Source of the DNA: an uncultured Chloroflexia bacterium
Lineage (GTDB): Bacteria; Chloroflexota; Chloroflexia; Thermomicrobiales; UBA6265
Length of the DNA: 64,000 nucleotides
Direction of reading: 5' to 3'
Assembly: GCA_963724295.1 (NCBI GenBank)
Contig: CAVRUC010000010.1
Coordinates: 32,001 to 96,000, forward strand
Shown: positions 50,591 through 61,281 of the stretch, one piece after another
Layout: each line of letters begins with the position of its first letter
Numbering within the stretch: the first letter of the stretch is position 1
Notes under the pieces: model-generated
The model's database searches: none
What the model was told of the DNA's origin: nothing
What the model saw: the letters and a program-made list of their open reading frames with translations, nothing else
Program-made: the position numbers and the translations under genes

Positions 50591-50599
50591 ATTATACCA
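50591..50599 (-). promoter_or_regulatory. Extended -10 promoter
   Basis: TGGTATAAT (TGnTATAAT consensus) in an AT-rich patch about 60 bp upstream of the SWIM gene. Confidence 0.65.
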
Positions 50600-50689
50600 T
50601 TTCTTTCCCACTCAGCCGTCGCCAGAACCGTAGATACGCCTCGGATCGTGAACCGCGGCTGGGAGCTATTTTCGCGGTCTGATCCTGGC

Positions 50690-52151
50690 TCAATGGTGGG
50701 AGCCGATGAGCTCTGTGACGATCTCGGCGAGTGTCTCCGCATCACCGACGTTGCCGGGGAAGACGATGTACGGCATGGTCGGGAATCGACTCTCCGGCCC
50801 GAGGCGCCAGACGGGTACGCCCGGGCGCACCTGGCCGAGAACGGTCGCCCGCTCGGCGCCCAGTCCGAGCGTGCCGACGTCGCTCGAGGTGATGCCACCC
50901 TTGCCGACGACGAAATCTGGACGCGTTTCGATGCCGCGTACGATTGCCACCAGCGCGTCCGACACCGCGCGGGCAACGACTAGCTCTTCCATTCCTTCTG
51001 GTCTCTCGACCTGACGTGAGGTGTAGACGACCGGCGTCCGGCCGGTTGAGAGGGCCTCATCCGCCTGGCGGTGCACGCGGGTGATCTCCCGATCGCGCTT
51101 GTCGTCGCGAAAGGAGCTCGGGCACCGCGACCTCGATGCCCGCGATATCCGGGGTGAGCAGCAGCCGCTGCAGCTGCTCGGTCGTGCGCTGGACGTGCGA
51201 GCCGACGACGACCAATCCCCGGGCCGGTCGCGGCGCGTCCTTCCCCAACAGCTCGTCTCGCTTCAAGAGCGGGCGCGCACTGATGCCCGCTCGCGCCCGC
51301 ACAAAAGAGGCGCCGGTGCGATAGAGGAACCGCTTTCCCTCGAATTCGGCCTGCAGAAGACCGAGCACGACGATCCAGAGATCCGGATAGTCCAGGGCAT
51401 TGACGACGACCGGTTGGCCACCCCGCACATCACGCAGCCGCTCGGCGATCCGCGCCGGTCCTCCGCCACGGATCTCTTCCAATGTCAGCGAGGCGACTTC
51501 CGCCGTCTTGATCCGGTGATGCGTCTTCTCCTCGACCCAGCCAGGCAGGGTGTGAGCGCTGTAGCCGAAGGTCGCGTCGCGGGCAAACTCCGTCTCGGCC
51601 GCCGGGACGAATCGATCGCCGTCACGCACGAAATGGACGTCGCCGGCCGTGACCCTGCCGCCTTCGAAGAAGGCCGGGCAGATGAGCACACCGTCCACCC
51701 CACCTAGCGCCCCGGCTAGCGCGTCGGTTTCTGCCGGGAAGTGACCGCGCAGGGTTGAGTCGCTGCGGCTGGCGACGACGAACGGCACACCTGTCTTCTG
51801 ACTTGCATCGCGCAAATTCCGGGCAATTTCCCGGTTGAGCGCTGCCGCGCGGGCTTCGGCGAGCGCGCGCGAGTTCGTCAGGATGAAGAAGAGGGGCGCG
51901 AGACTTTCAAGCTCCGCGGCCAGCGTCGCGGAATCCCAACGTGCCAGTACCGCGACGCCGTGTACCGTCTGGACCCCGGTCGGGTCGTCATCGAGTGCGA
52001 TGACTTTGCGCCCGGAGTCGGCAACCGCCGCCTGGACACGCGCTTCCAAACCGGGATCGTCGATCGGTGACGGCAGCGACTGTCCCAGTGCTCGCTCGAC
52101 CCGCGCTTCGATCACTTCACAACCGGCTTCGCCGCGAAGTCCCGGATCCAC
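50690..52151 (-). CDS. Four-carbon acid sugar kinase (DUF1537) family, frameshift near 51110
   Basis: LDDDPTGVQ, TNSR, SRSDSTLRGH, PAFFEGGR, VVVGSHV; KGGITS and FPGNVG in the second frame. Confidence 0.85.
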
Positions 52152-52231
52152 GCTGCGGCTCGGCTTCTCGCCCGCACGCCGAGGAACCCCTGCTCATCGC
52201 CGGGAAGCCGCCGTTGCCTCGCTGCACACGA

Positions 52232-52795
52232 TTAAGTGGGGCGCGTCAGGCGATCTAACCCCACAATGCTGATGCCCAACACAGCCACGATGACCGCCAC
52301 CACGATGAACATCGCCAGGAACGCCACCACGACAACGGCCACCGCGCGACCGGTGCTCACCTCGAGCGATTGGCGCAACGCGATCACGCTGGCGATCAAC
52401 GACCAGATTGCGGCGATGAATGCGAACAGGAAGCCGATGCCGGGGATCAGTCCCAGGATCGCAACCAGGGATGGCGCGTAGGAGAAGCCGAGGGCTCGCA
52501 ACACCTCGCCGAACGTCGCCGACGTCTGCGGCCCCCTCAGGAGGTACGCGCCGACGATATACGCGAACAGGGCGAAGATCGCCCAGAAGACGAGGCTAGC
52601 CAGCACTCCACCCAGGAGACCCCGGGTTTGGCCACCCGACGCTCCCACCCCGGAGCATATGGCCGCCACCGCGACAACGAGGGCGGCCTGCCAGGTCGCG
52701 TCTGTATCATGCTCGACCGCCTCGTAGGTCGCCGGGTCGAGCCTGATTGCGCCGATTACTCGGTCGACGAAGGACGACGTCGAGGACATTTGCAT
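52232..52795 (-). CDS. YIP1 family membrane protein
   Basis: YEAVEHD..ATWQA, RALGFSYAP, about 5 TM helices. Confidence 0.8.
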   Translation of the reverse strand: MQMSSTSSFVDRVIGAIRLDPATYEAVEHDTDATWQAALVVAVAAICSGVGASGGQTRGLLGGVLASLVFWAIFALFAYIVGAYLLRGPQTSATFGEVLRALGFSYAPSLVAILGLIPGIGFLFAFIAAIWSLIASVIALRQSLEVSTGRAVAVVVVAFLAMFIVVAVIVAVLGISIVGLDRLTRPT

Positions 52796-52923
52796 TGCTT
52801 ACCCCTCTACCCCCCGCCGAGGGCCACGTTGCGGGTGCGTTGAAACTGCACTCTACGGCTACTACACGTTCATGTCGATACCATCGAATGTGATATCGCT
52901 ATTTCCCGTTACCGAGGTCCGCA

Positions 52924-54237
52924 TCAACCATCATTGGTCGCAGCCTCGCTGTAGCGCCGCATGAGCGGTGTCACGGAAACCCCGTGAACCACCACCGAGG
53001 TGGCGACGACGGCGAGCGTCAGCCCCATCAGCAGCCTGGCGGTTTCTTCGGAGACCCCGTGCACGATCGCGTACATCAGGTAGTAGATCGAGCCGATACC
53101 CCGGATTCCGAACCAGCCGACAAGCGCAAGCTGCAGCCGCGTCGCGTTCGATCCGATCATCCCCATGCCCGCCGCCACCGGCCGGATCACCAGCAACAGC
53201 AACGGCACGAACCAGAGTGCGGCGCTGGGGATGGGGTTCACCGAAATCATGACCCCGACCAGGAGCACCACCGCAACTTCGCCGATCCGCTCCAGCTGCT
53301 CGGTGAAGCCGAGCACGGCCTGTGTCATGTACGCGGGCGCCGTCTCAGGATCGGTGGCAATCTCTTCGCCTCGCCCCTCGGCCGCGGCCGCCGCCACGAC
53401 CTCATCCGGTGCCTGTTCATGCCCTATCGTCGACGCTTCGATCTTCCTCAGGGCCAGCCCCGCCGCAAAAACCGCCAGGAATCCGTAGGTGTGTAACAAC
53501 AGCGCCGTCCCGTACGAGCAGGCGATCAACCCCAGGGCCAGAAAGTCGTCGAGACCGACCGCTTCCTTGTGCTCGCGTCGCAGAAAGAGGATCAGGCGAC
53601 CGGTCGCTGTGCCGAGCAGTGCCCCGACGAGAAGCCCGCCGGGGATCGCCCAGAGAACGTCGACGACCAACCAGCGCCAGCCGCCCTCCCCGGTCTCGTG
53701 CAGACCGAGCAGACCGAGACCAAGCATGACGAAGGGAAACGCCGTTCCGTCGTTGAACCCGGCCTCCCCGGTAAGGGTGAACCGCAGACGATCCTGGTCT
53801 CGCGGTCCGGTGACCTGGACGTCGGAGGCCAGCACCGGGTCGGTCGGCGCCAGCACCGCTCCAAGCAGGATCGCGGCGCCCAGCGGCAGCTCCAGCGCGA
53901 CGACCGCGACGAGCGCGATCAGACCGACTGTGAGCGCCATCGACCACGAGGCGAGCACGATCGGGACTCTCCACAGCGGGTCGCGCAGCGGCAGGCGCAG
54001 CTTGAGTCCGGCGGTGAAGAGGGAGACGATCACCGCGACCTCGGTGATTCGTTCGACAATCGCCGCCTCCGCGATGGGATCGAAATTGATGAGATTGAGC
54101 GCGTGGGGACCGATCAGGACGCCGGCGGCGAGATAGAGCATGGAGGTCGACAGCGGCAGGCGCTTGAGCACGGAGCCGCTCAGCGCCATGACGATGAAAA
54201 CCGCGCCGACGACGATGTACGAGACCGTGAACTGCAA
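52924..54237 (-). CDS. CPA1 (NhaP-type) cation:proton antiporter
   Basis: LAPTDPVLA, GEAGFNDG, WFGIRGIGS. Confidence 0.92.
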   Translation of the reverse strand: MQFTVSYIVVGAVFIVMALSGSVLKRLPLSTSMLYLAAGVLIGPHALNLINFDPIAEAAIVERITEVAVIVSLFTAGLKLRLPLRDPLWRVPIVLASWSMALTVGLIALVAVVALELPLGAAILLGAVLAPTDPVLASDVQVTGPRDQDRLRFTLTGEAGFNDGTAFPFVMLGLGLLGLHETGEGGWRWLVVDVLWAIPGGLLVGALLGTATGRLILFLRREHKEAVGLDDFLALGLIACSYGTALLLHTYGFLAVFAAGLALRKIEASTIGHEQAPDEVVAAAAAEGRGEEIATDPETAPAYMTQAVLGFTEQLERIGEVAVVLLVGVMISVNPIPSAALWFVPLLLLVIRPVAAGMGMIGSNATRLQLALVGWFGIRGIGSIYYLMYAIVHGVSEETARLLMGLTLAVVATSVVVHGVSVTPLMRRYSEAATNDG

Positions 54238-54373
54238 GGTCGAACCGCTCCCGCTATCTGCGTGCCGAAACGATGGAGGGGGCAGCGCGCTGCCCCCTCC
54301 AATCCGAATCGACGCTGAGTCGCTCCTGGCTAGGAACTGGCGACCAGGAGGTAACTGACTGGCTCATTCAGGC

Positions 54374-54748
54374 TCAGAAACAGCTCCCGTAGTCGCCGCA
54401 GTAGCCGGAGCAGCATTGGGGGCAGCTTTCGCCCCAGTTACACGAGGTGCAAGAGCCCCCCGAGCCAGTACACGGCCCGTAACAATCACCCGGGTTCGAG
54501 CAGACCCCCGCCCCTCCCGGCATGCCGGGGTTGGATGCGCAGCAGACGAGTCCATCGATGCAGGGATGAAGCGTGCCGGTGGCGCAGCCGCAGCCAATCC
54601 ACGTGCAGTTATGTCCGGCTTTGCTTCGTGCCGGAATTCCGGCCGCGATCAACGCACCGGCTGCGGCAGCGAGGCGGCGCAACGTGCCACGCCGGGTCTG
54701 CCGTGCCGCCAACGAACGGGCCACCGCGTCAAACCGCTGTCCATCCAT
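54374..54748 (-). CDS. Small Tat-exported Cys-rich protein (16 Cys)
   Basis: MDGQRFDAVARSL..TRRGTL leader; AGGAGA RBS; 16 Cys in about 80 mature residues. Confidence 0.8.
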   Translation of the reverse strand: MDGQRFDAVARSLAARQTRRGTLRRLAAAAGALIAAGIPARSKAGHNCTWIGCGCATGTLHPCIDGLVCCASNPGMPGGAGVCSNPGDCYGPCTGSGGSCTSCNWGESCPQCCSGYCGDYGSCF

Positions 54749-55189
54749 GGCCGTATCTCCTATCTGCTGTCGATTGGCCGTATGCCCCGCGGGTGAGCGC
54801 ACGGTATCGCGAGTTCGAGAGCGATGCAATAGCCAGCCATGCAAGTTGCATCCGAATACTGTCCGTTCAGCATTCTGACAAGGGGATCACTCCCTGGTTC
54901 AAACGCCCGAGCTGGGGGATCGGGAACGCCCGCGACGGCACAAAAACGCGATGAGCAATTCGAACGCGTCGGTGGGCGTGGTTGCAGGTTATATAGAGCG
55001 GCCTCATCGGCCGATGCACTTGTCCAGCCGTTCCCGGCAGACACAATCCGGATCGCCCGCGACCAAGCTCACTGAAAGTGAAAATGGGGCTGACGGGTGT
55101 TGAGTGAACGTACGCACGAAGATAGACTTGGTACCCGGTACCGGGTGTGCCGGTACCGGGGAGAGCTATCGGGGAGTGGGAGGTAAGCT

Positions 55190-55747
55190 TTGCTTCGGAT
55201 CCGTGGTAATCGGCTCGTGCTCGGCGTAGTCGTGAGTCTCGCCCTGGGAATGATGGGAGCGTTGACCCTTGGCGTTGACGATGCGTCTGCTCAGTGCGCG
55301 GGATCGCTGATAATCCTTCCAATCGCTTCGCCCAGTTGTAACGACACCACTGGCGGCGACGCGCGGGCAGCAGGCGGCAACGGCGGCAATGGAGGAAACG
55401 GGGGCCTGTTGACGACCGTTCACGATGTCGGCAACGCCGAAGCCGACGCCTCCAACCTCGTCATCGTCCATGACATCACCACCGGCGATGCGACGGCTTC
55501 TGACGTCAATGTGGACGCCGAAGGGGCCACGCGCCCGGTCGTGGTCAGCGTGGCGGGAAGCTTCGTTGACACGGGCGTGGACGTCTTCGCTCCCGGCGGC
55601 AGTTCGCAGGCGGGAACGACGGGCGGCAACAACAACATCGCTGACTCCTCCGGCGGCCCTGGCGGCCCTGGCGGCGACGCCCGCGCCAACGGTGGGGACG
55701 GCGGCGATGTGAACGGCGCCATCCTCTTGAGCCTGGGGCTAGGGTAG
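55190..55747 (+). CDS. Secreted Gly-rich protein
   Basis: TTG start after GGGAGG; signal peptide; GGNGGNGG tracts around a beta-repeat unit. Confidence 0.7.
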   Translation: MLRIRGNRLVLGVVVSLALGMMGALTLGVDDASAQCAGSLIILPIASPSCNDTTGGDARAAGGNGGNGGNGGLLTTVHDVGNAEADASNLVIVHDITTGDATASDVNVDAEGATRPVVVSVAGSFVDTGVDVFAPGGSSQAGTTGGNNNIADSSGGPGGPGGDARANGGDGGDVNGAILLSLGLG

Positions 55748-55836
55748 CCTTGAAGTAGTGCACCAGAAATTCTGGATGACACCGCTTCCCTGGTTGGCCT
55801 CCAGAGCTGCCGACAGCTTGAGCAGCTGAGACGATC

Positions 55837-55886
55837 GCACGGTACCAGGCAGGTCATTTGTCAGAATGACCTGCCTGGTACCGTGC
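55837..55886. repeat. Perfect 22-bp inverted repeat between convergent genes
   Basis: GCACGGTACCAGGCAGGTCATT-TGTCAG-AATGACCTGCCTGGTACCGTGC. Confidence 0.85.
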
Positions 55887-55960
55887 TCAGGCCGCACGCT
55901 CGAGGACGAGTTCCCGCATCGCCCTTCCAAGTGTCAGCTGCGGACGCCATCCGCCCGACC

Positions 55961-57364
55961 TCACTCCGCGCTGATGCTGCGTAGCCTCGGGATTGGCGAG
56001 GCGAGCAACGGCACAAACGCGACGAGCATGCCGAACGCGCCGACGACCAGGGTCGCGGGTAGACCAATCCGGCTCCCCAGATATCCACCGAGTAGCGAGC
56101 CAATCGGTCGCGATCCCCAGACGATGAAACGCATCGTGCCGTTCACGCGACCCAACAAGCGATCGGGTGTAATCGCCTGACGTAGGCTGACTGAGTTGAT
56201 CGAGAAGACGAGCACCATCACCCACTGCAGGAATTCCGCCGCCACTACCAACGGCAGTGCCGCCGCCGGAAACAACACCGCGAGCGGCACCAACATGCCG
56301 AAGAGCCCGAACAGGATCTGCGACCCGAGCAGAACGCGTCCCACGCCCCAGCGACCGCGCGCGGGGCCGGCGCTTATGCTGCCCAGCAGCGCCCCCACGC
56401 CCCCGGCGGCGAAGACCAGTCCCACCGCTTCCGCGCCGAGCCCAAGATCGCGCGTCATATAGAGCACGTAGATCGAGAGGAACAGGAACCCGGCCACGTT
56501 CATCACGGTCGAAGAGAGTGCAAGCGCTCGCAGCACCGGCGACTGCCAGACCGCGCGCAAACCCTGACCGATTTCGGCGCGGAGGCTCATCCCACCGCCG
56601 GCGCGCTCCGGCGGAGCTTCCGGGGCGCGAATGCGCCAGATCAGCGTGGCGGAGACAACATAGGACAGCGTATCGACCAGCAGCGCCAACGGCGCGCCGA
56701 GGACGCGCACCAGAGTCCCTCCCAACGCGGGGCCGATCACCTGCGCGGCGGATGCGGTCGCTTCCAGCCGGCTGTTGGCCTCGACCAGGTCCTCCCGGGA
56801 GACCAGAGACGGGATGTACGTCAGATAGGCGATGTCGAAGAAGACCGTGAACGTCTCGACCAGAAAGGCGATCGCCACCAGAAGCTCGATCCGCAGCGCG
56901 CCGAGCGCAGCGGCCAGCGGGATCGTGGCGAGCAGGGCTGCCCGTGCGACGTCGGCGGCAATCATCACCGGCCGTCGCCGCAAGCGATCGACCCACGCCC
57001 CGGCAAGGAGCCCGAAGAGAAGATGCGGCAGGCCGGCCGCCGCGGCCAGCACCCCAAAAGCCATCGGCGAGGCGCCGAGGCTCAAGGCGGCCAGCAGCGG
57101 CAGCGCCACCGCGGTGAACTGCGATCCGATCGCCGACGCCGATTGCGCCGCCCACAATCGGGCAAAGTCGCCGTGCCGGGCGACGCCGAGGGCGCGATTG
57201 ACGTTCTGGCGAAACGCTGTCCGAGCGGAGGTTCCCGGACGACCGGGGTCGAACCGCCCGCGATTGGGGGGCAATGAGGAGCCCAGGGGCTTGGCGGCCC
57301 CATGGTCATCCGTGATCGATTCCATGCTGATGCTCGCTCCCGGTATTGCGCGGGCGAGCGCCAT
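55961..57364 (-). CDS. MFS transporter (MFS_3/macrolide-efflux-like)
   Basis: FARLWAAQSAS, GAWVDRLRRR, EANSRL, PDRLLGRV. Confidence 0.88.
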   Translation of the reverse strand: MALARAIPGASISMESITDDHGAAKPLGSSLPPNRGRFDPGRPGTSARTAFRQNVNRALGVARHGDFARLWAAQSASAIGSQFTAVALPLLAALSLGASPMAFGVLAAAAGLPHLLFGLLAGAWVDRLRRRPVMIAADVARAALLATIPLAAALGALRIELLVAIAFLVETFTVFFDIAYLTYIPSLVSREDLVEANSRLEATASAAQVIGPALGGTLVRVLGAPLALLVDTLSYVVSATLIWRIRAPEAPPERAGGGMSLRAEIGQGLRAVWQSPVLRALALSSTVMNVAGFLFLSIYVLYMTRDLGLGAEAVGLVFAAGGVGALLGSISAGPARGRWGVGRVLLGSQILFGLFGMLVPLAVLFPAAALPLVVAAEFLQWVMVLVFSINSVSLRQAITPDRLLGRVNGTMRFIVWGSRPIGSLLGGYLGSRIGLPATLVVGAFGMLVAFVPLLASPIPRLRSISAE

Positions 57365-57568
57365 GTGGCGCTGATTACCGCTGACCTGATCGCCGTTCTG
57401 CTAGGTCAGCGGGACATCGAGCATCAGAATGAACACGTGGATCACCGCTCCACTTTCGGCCACGGCCCATGGGTCACCGGTCGAGTCCGGCGGGCAGCAG
57501 CATACGGTCCTGCCATGCCGAAGACAAGGGCAACTCGAGCCGGTTCAGCGGACCAGTAGACTTGGGAC

Positions 57569-60056
57569 GTGTCCGATCACTCTCTTGCGGCGTCTCAATC
57601 GACCGTGACGATCGCCGAGATCGCCGTTGCCGGCGCGCGGTCAGGTAGCGATGGCTTGCTCAGCTACTCCATTCCGGACCACCTGCGCGATTCCATAGAC
57701 ATCGGTCAGGTGGTCTGGGTTCCCCTGCGCGGCAAGCCGACCCTCGGCGTAGTCACGCGCCTGCACGCTGACGCGCCGGAGTTCGCGGTCAAGCCGTTGC
57801 TCGCCCCTGTCGACCCACCGACGCACGTTTCCGCCGACCAGCTCGATACCGCGCGCTGGTTGGCGCGGCAGAGCGCCAGCAGCCTCTACGACGCGCTCTC
57901 CCTCTTCCTGCCGCCTGGCGCTTCGCATCGCGCGCGGCCCTTATCTGCGGCTGACCGGGCAAGTCGCCGATCTCAGCGAGTTCACACCGGCCCAGCGACG
58001 GCTGCTAACGCTGCTCGCCGAGCAGGGAGAGACGAGTCTCGACGCGGCGCGATCAGCGCTCGGCAGCAGTCTGACCTCGATCGTGCCCGCGCTGGAACAG
58101 GCCGGGGCGATCGCAACCGTCTATCGCGTCAGTGACCGCCTGCCGAAGCCGCGCAAGGAACGGTGGATTCGCCTCCTCGACGAGCCCGATGCGGCCGCGC
58201 TGAGTAGCGCTCCCGCCCAGGAGGCGATCGTCACCGCGCTGCGACGGCGCACGCGCCTGGCCACCGGGGACGCCGGTGGGTTCGTTCCCGAGACGGACAT
58301 TCTGGGTCAGTCCGGATCGAACCGCGCCTCGCTGATGGCACTGGTGGACAAGGGTATTGTCGAGGAAGTGGAGCGAATCCAGGGTCTGCACGTGCCCGTG
58401 CCGGACCGCGGTCAGGACAGAGTTCCGGAGCTGACTCCGGCACAGTCCGTCGCCTGGAACGCGATCGAACGCGCCCTCCACACCCGGGACAGCACTCCCT
58501 TCCTGCTCTACGGCGTCACCGGCAGCGGGAAAACCGAGCTCTATCTGCGCGCCGCCGCCTGGTGCCTTCGCCACGGAAAATCAGCGCTGGTGCTCGTGCC
58601 GGAGATCGCCCTGTCGTCGCAGGTCGCCGATCGGTTCGCTTCCCGCTTCGGCGACCGGGTGGCGGTGCTCCACTCCGGTCTTTCCGACGGGGAGCGCTAC
58701 GCCGCCTGGCAAGGAATCGCCGCCGGGCGCTATCCAGTGGTGGTCGGACCTCGCTCCGCGCTCTTCGCCCCGGCCCCGAACGTGGGATTGATCGTCCTCG
58801 ATGAAGAGCACGACCCGGCCTACAAGCAGGATTCCGTGCCTCGCTACCACGCGCGATCGGTTGCCGAGCACCTGGCGCAGTCGCTGGGTGCGGTGCTGAT
58901 CCTGGGCAGCGCGACACCGTCCGTCGAGACCTTCTGGCGGTCCCAGCAGGGCGACGTCTGTTTGCTCGCGTTACCAGAGCGGGTCGGACCCGAGCTGCTG
59001 GCAACGGACGGGTCGCGCGAAAGCACCGCCCTGGAGCTGCCTCGGGTCGACGTCGTCGACATGCGCCTGGAGCTGCACCGTGGCAACACGTCATTGTTGA
59101 GCGTACCGCTGCAGGAGTTACTGGCCGGCACATTGCGGCGCAACGAGCAGGCGATTCTGCTCCTCAACCGGCGCGGTCTGGCGACGGTCGTTCTCTGCCG
59201 CGCCTGCGGCACGGTGCTGCAGTGTCCGTATTGCGATATTCCACTCGTCTATCACCAGGACCGAGAGCGGCTCGTCTGTCATCGCTGCGACTACCGGGAG
59301 GCGCCGCGGCGCGCCTGCCCCACCTGCGGTGGACCACTCGATTATTTCGGAGCGGGAACGCAACGCGTCGAGAGTGAGGTCCGCCGGCTCTTCCCGTCGG
59401 CGCGCGTGCTGCGCTGGGATCAGGATGCCGTCCGCCGCGCCGGCGGTTCGGAAGGATTGCTGCGTCAGGTCGAGCGCGGCGAGATCGACGTGGTGGTCGG
59501 CACGCAGATGGTCTCCAAGGGGTTCGATCTCCCCCGCGTGACCGCCATCGGAGTCGTCAACGCGGACACGGGGCTTCACCTCCCGGATTTCCGCTCCGGA
59601 GAGCGCACCTTCAGCCTCCTGACCCAGGTGGCTGGTCGAGCCGGCCGGCGCGGACCCGGATCACGCGTGGTCGTGCAGAGCTACACGCCGGAGCACTACG
59701 CGATCCAGGCCGCCTCGCGACACGACTATGATGGCTTTTTCACCGAAGAGATCGATTTCCGACGCCAGCATCGATACCCGCCATTCGTGCGGCTGGCGCG
59801 CTATCTCTACCGCAACCGCAACGACGCCGCGTGCGCCAGGGCCGCCGACCAGATGGCGCGCAAGCTCGCTCGTCACGCTCGGGAGCGGGGCGTGTCCATG
59901 GACCTGCTCGGTCCCGCCCCCGCCTTCGCTTCGCGCGTCCGCGGCGACTACCAGTGGCAGGTCGTTCTCCGCTCCTCAGATCTCGAGGCGCTACTGGATG
60001 GAATCCCGGTCGATCCGGGCTGGACAGTTGACATCGACCCGCAGAGCCTGCTCTAA
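57569..60056 (+). CDS. priA: Primosomal protein N' (frameshift near 57940)
   Basis: GVTGSGKTE, VPEIAL, DEEHD, two CxxC pairs, GTQMVSKGFD, QVAGRAGR, YPPF, DIDP. Confidence 0.93.
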
Positions 60057-60162
60057 CCGGGTGGCACGAAATCCGCTTGATGAAGAACGTCAGTTGCGCA
60101 GTTAATGGGAGTGTCGGCGTATGCCGGCGAACGGGCAGGCGAAAACGGAGGGTTTTGTGATC

Positions 60163-60606
60163 ATGGCGCGACGCCGTGGAGCGTGGACGTTCAGCCGTGG
60201 AGCGGCAATCGCGCTCATTGCCCTGGGTCTGGTGGCCTGCGGCGAGACTGTGGCTCCAACTGATCCCGGCGAGGAAATCACGCCGCCTGTGCCGTTGTCA
60301 CCCACCGCCGGAGAAATCCCGGAAGATACATTCCAGGCTATGGCCACCATCACCGATGAGGGTCTGGACCCGGATCGATTCGCCGGCGAGGTCGGGACGG
60401 CATTCCAGCTCGTGGTGCAGAGCGACGGCAGTGAGCACACCCTGGAGATCCAGGAGCTTGTGGCCCCAACGACCATCGCAGCGGAGGGGCAGACGACGAT
60501 CGACTTCACGGTCGTCGGAGACTCCGGTGAGCTGGACATCCTGCTTGATGGCGAGACTGTCGGCACGTTCGAGCGGCAGGGTGCCGGTGGCATCACGGAT
60601 AGTTAG
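60163..60606 (+). CDS. Lipoprotein with cupredoxin-like fold
   Basis: Lipobox LVAC; HTLEI..L and IAAEGQTTIDF pattern. Confidence 0.6.
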   Translation: MARRRGAWTFSRGAAIALIALGLVACGETVAPTDPGEEITPPVPLSPTAGEIPEDTFQAMATITDEGLDPDRFAGEVGTAFQLVVQSDGSEHTLEIQELVAPTTIAAEGQTTIDFTVVGDSGELDILLDGETVGTFERQGAGGITDS

Positions 60607-60742
60607 CCACCGCAGCCTCAGAGCGGCGATCGGTCCCCTCCAGACTATCGCGGTCAACAGTTGAGACGACGCCCCGCACTGGCCGATACTCTCCCTAACT
60701 GGCGGTCATCGCCGATGCTTGCAAGTGGAGCTCGGTCAATTC

Positions 60743-61273
60743 ATGGCGCTTCTCGAAATACTGCTCGAAGGTGACCCGCGACTGCGACAGAAGGCGCTGC
60801 GGATTCGAAACGTGGATGACAGCCTGCGCCGTCTCGCCGAAGACATGTACGAGACCATGCTGGCCGCGCCTGGAGTGGGGCTGGCGGCGCCACAGATCGG
60901 GGTATTGCGGCGGTTGATCTGGGTCCACGTGCCGGAGAACTTCCACGACGAAGGCGGTCCGGAACTCTCCATTCCGCTGGTCAACCCCGAGATCGTCAAG
61001 GCCAGCGGTCGGATCCTCGGTTATGAGGGGTGCCTGAGCATTCCCGGCTGGACCGGCGAGGTGCCGCGCGCCGAAGCAGTGACGGTCAAGGGGATGGGGC
61101 TCGACAACCGGCCGGTGCGCATCAAGGCTCGCGGCTGGGGGGCGCGCGTCCTCCAACACGAGATCGACCATCTCGACGGCATCCTGTTCATCGATCGCGT
61201 CGAAGATACATCGACCATCGTCCAGGTTCCCGACGATGAGCCGGTCGAGGGTCCAGTCGAGGCGGCTGACTGA
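60743..61273 (+). CDS. def: Peptide deformylase
   Basis: GVGLAAPQIG, EGCLS, QHEIDHLDG. Confidence 0.96.
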   Translation: MALLEILLEGDPRLRQKALRIRNVDDSLRRLAEDMYETMLAAPGVGLAAPQIGVLRRLIWVHVPENFHDEGGPELSIPLVNPEIVKASGRILGYEGCLSIPGWTGEVPRAEAVTVKGMGLDNRPVRIKARGWGARVLQHEIDHLDGILFIDRVEDTSTIVQVPDDEPVEGPVEAAD

Positions 61274-61281
61274 ACGCCATG

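Noticed and set aside
57930..57950. Programmed frameshift or pseudogene in priA (and rqcH near 63092)
   Set aside because: No slippery heptamer; similar indels are scattered through the window, consistent with sequencing error
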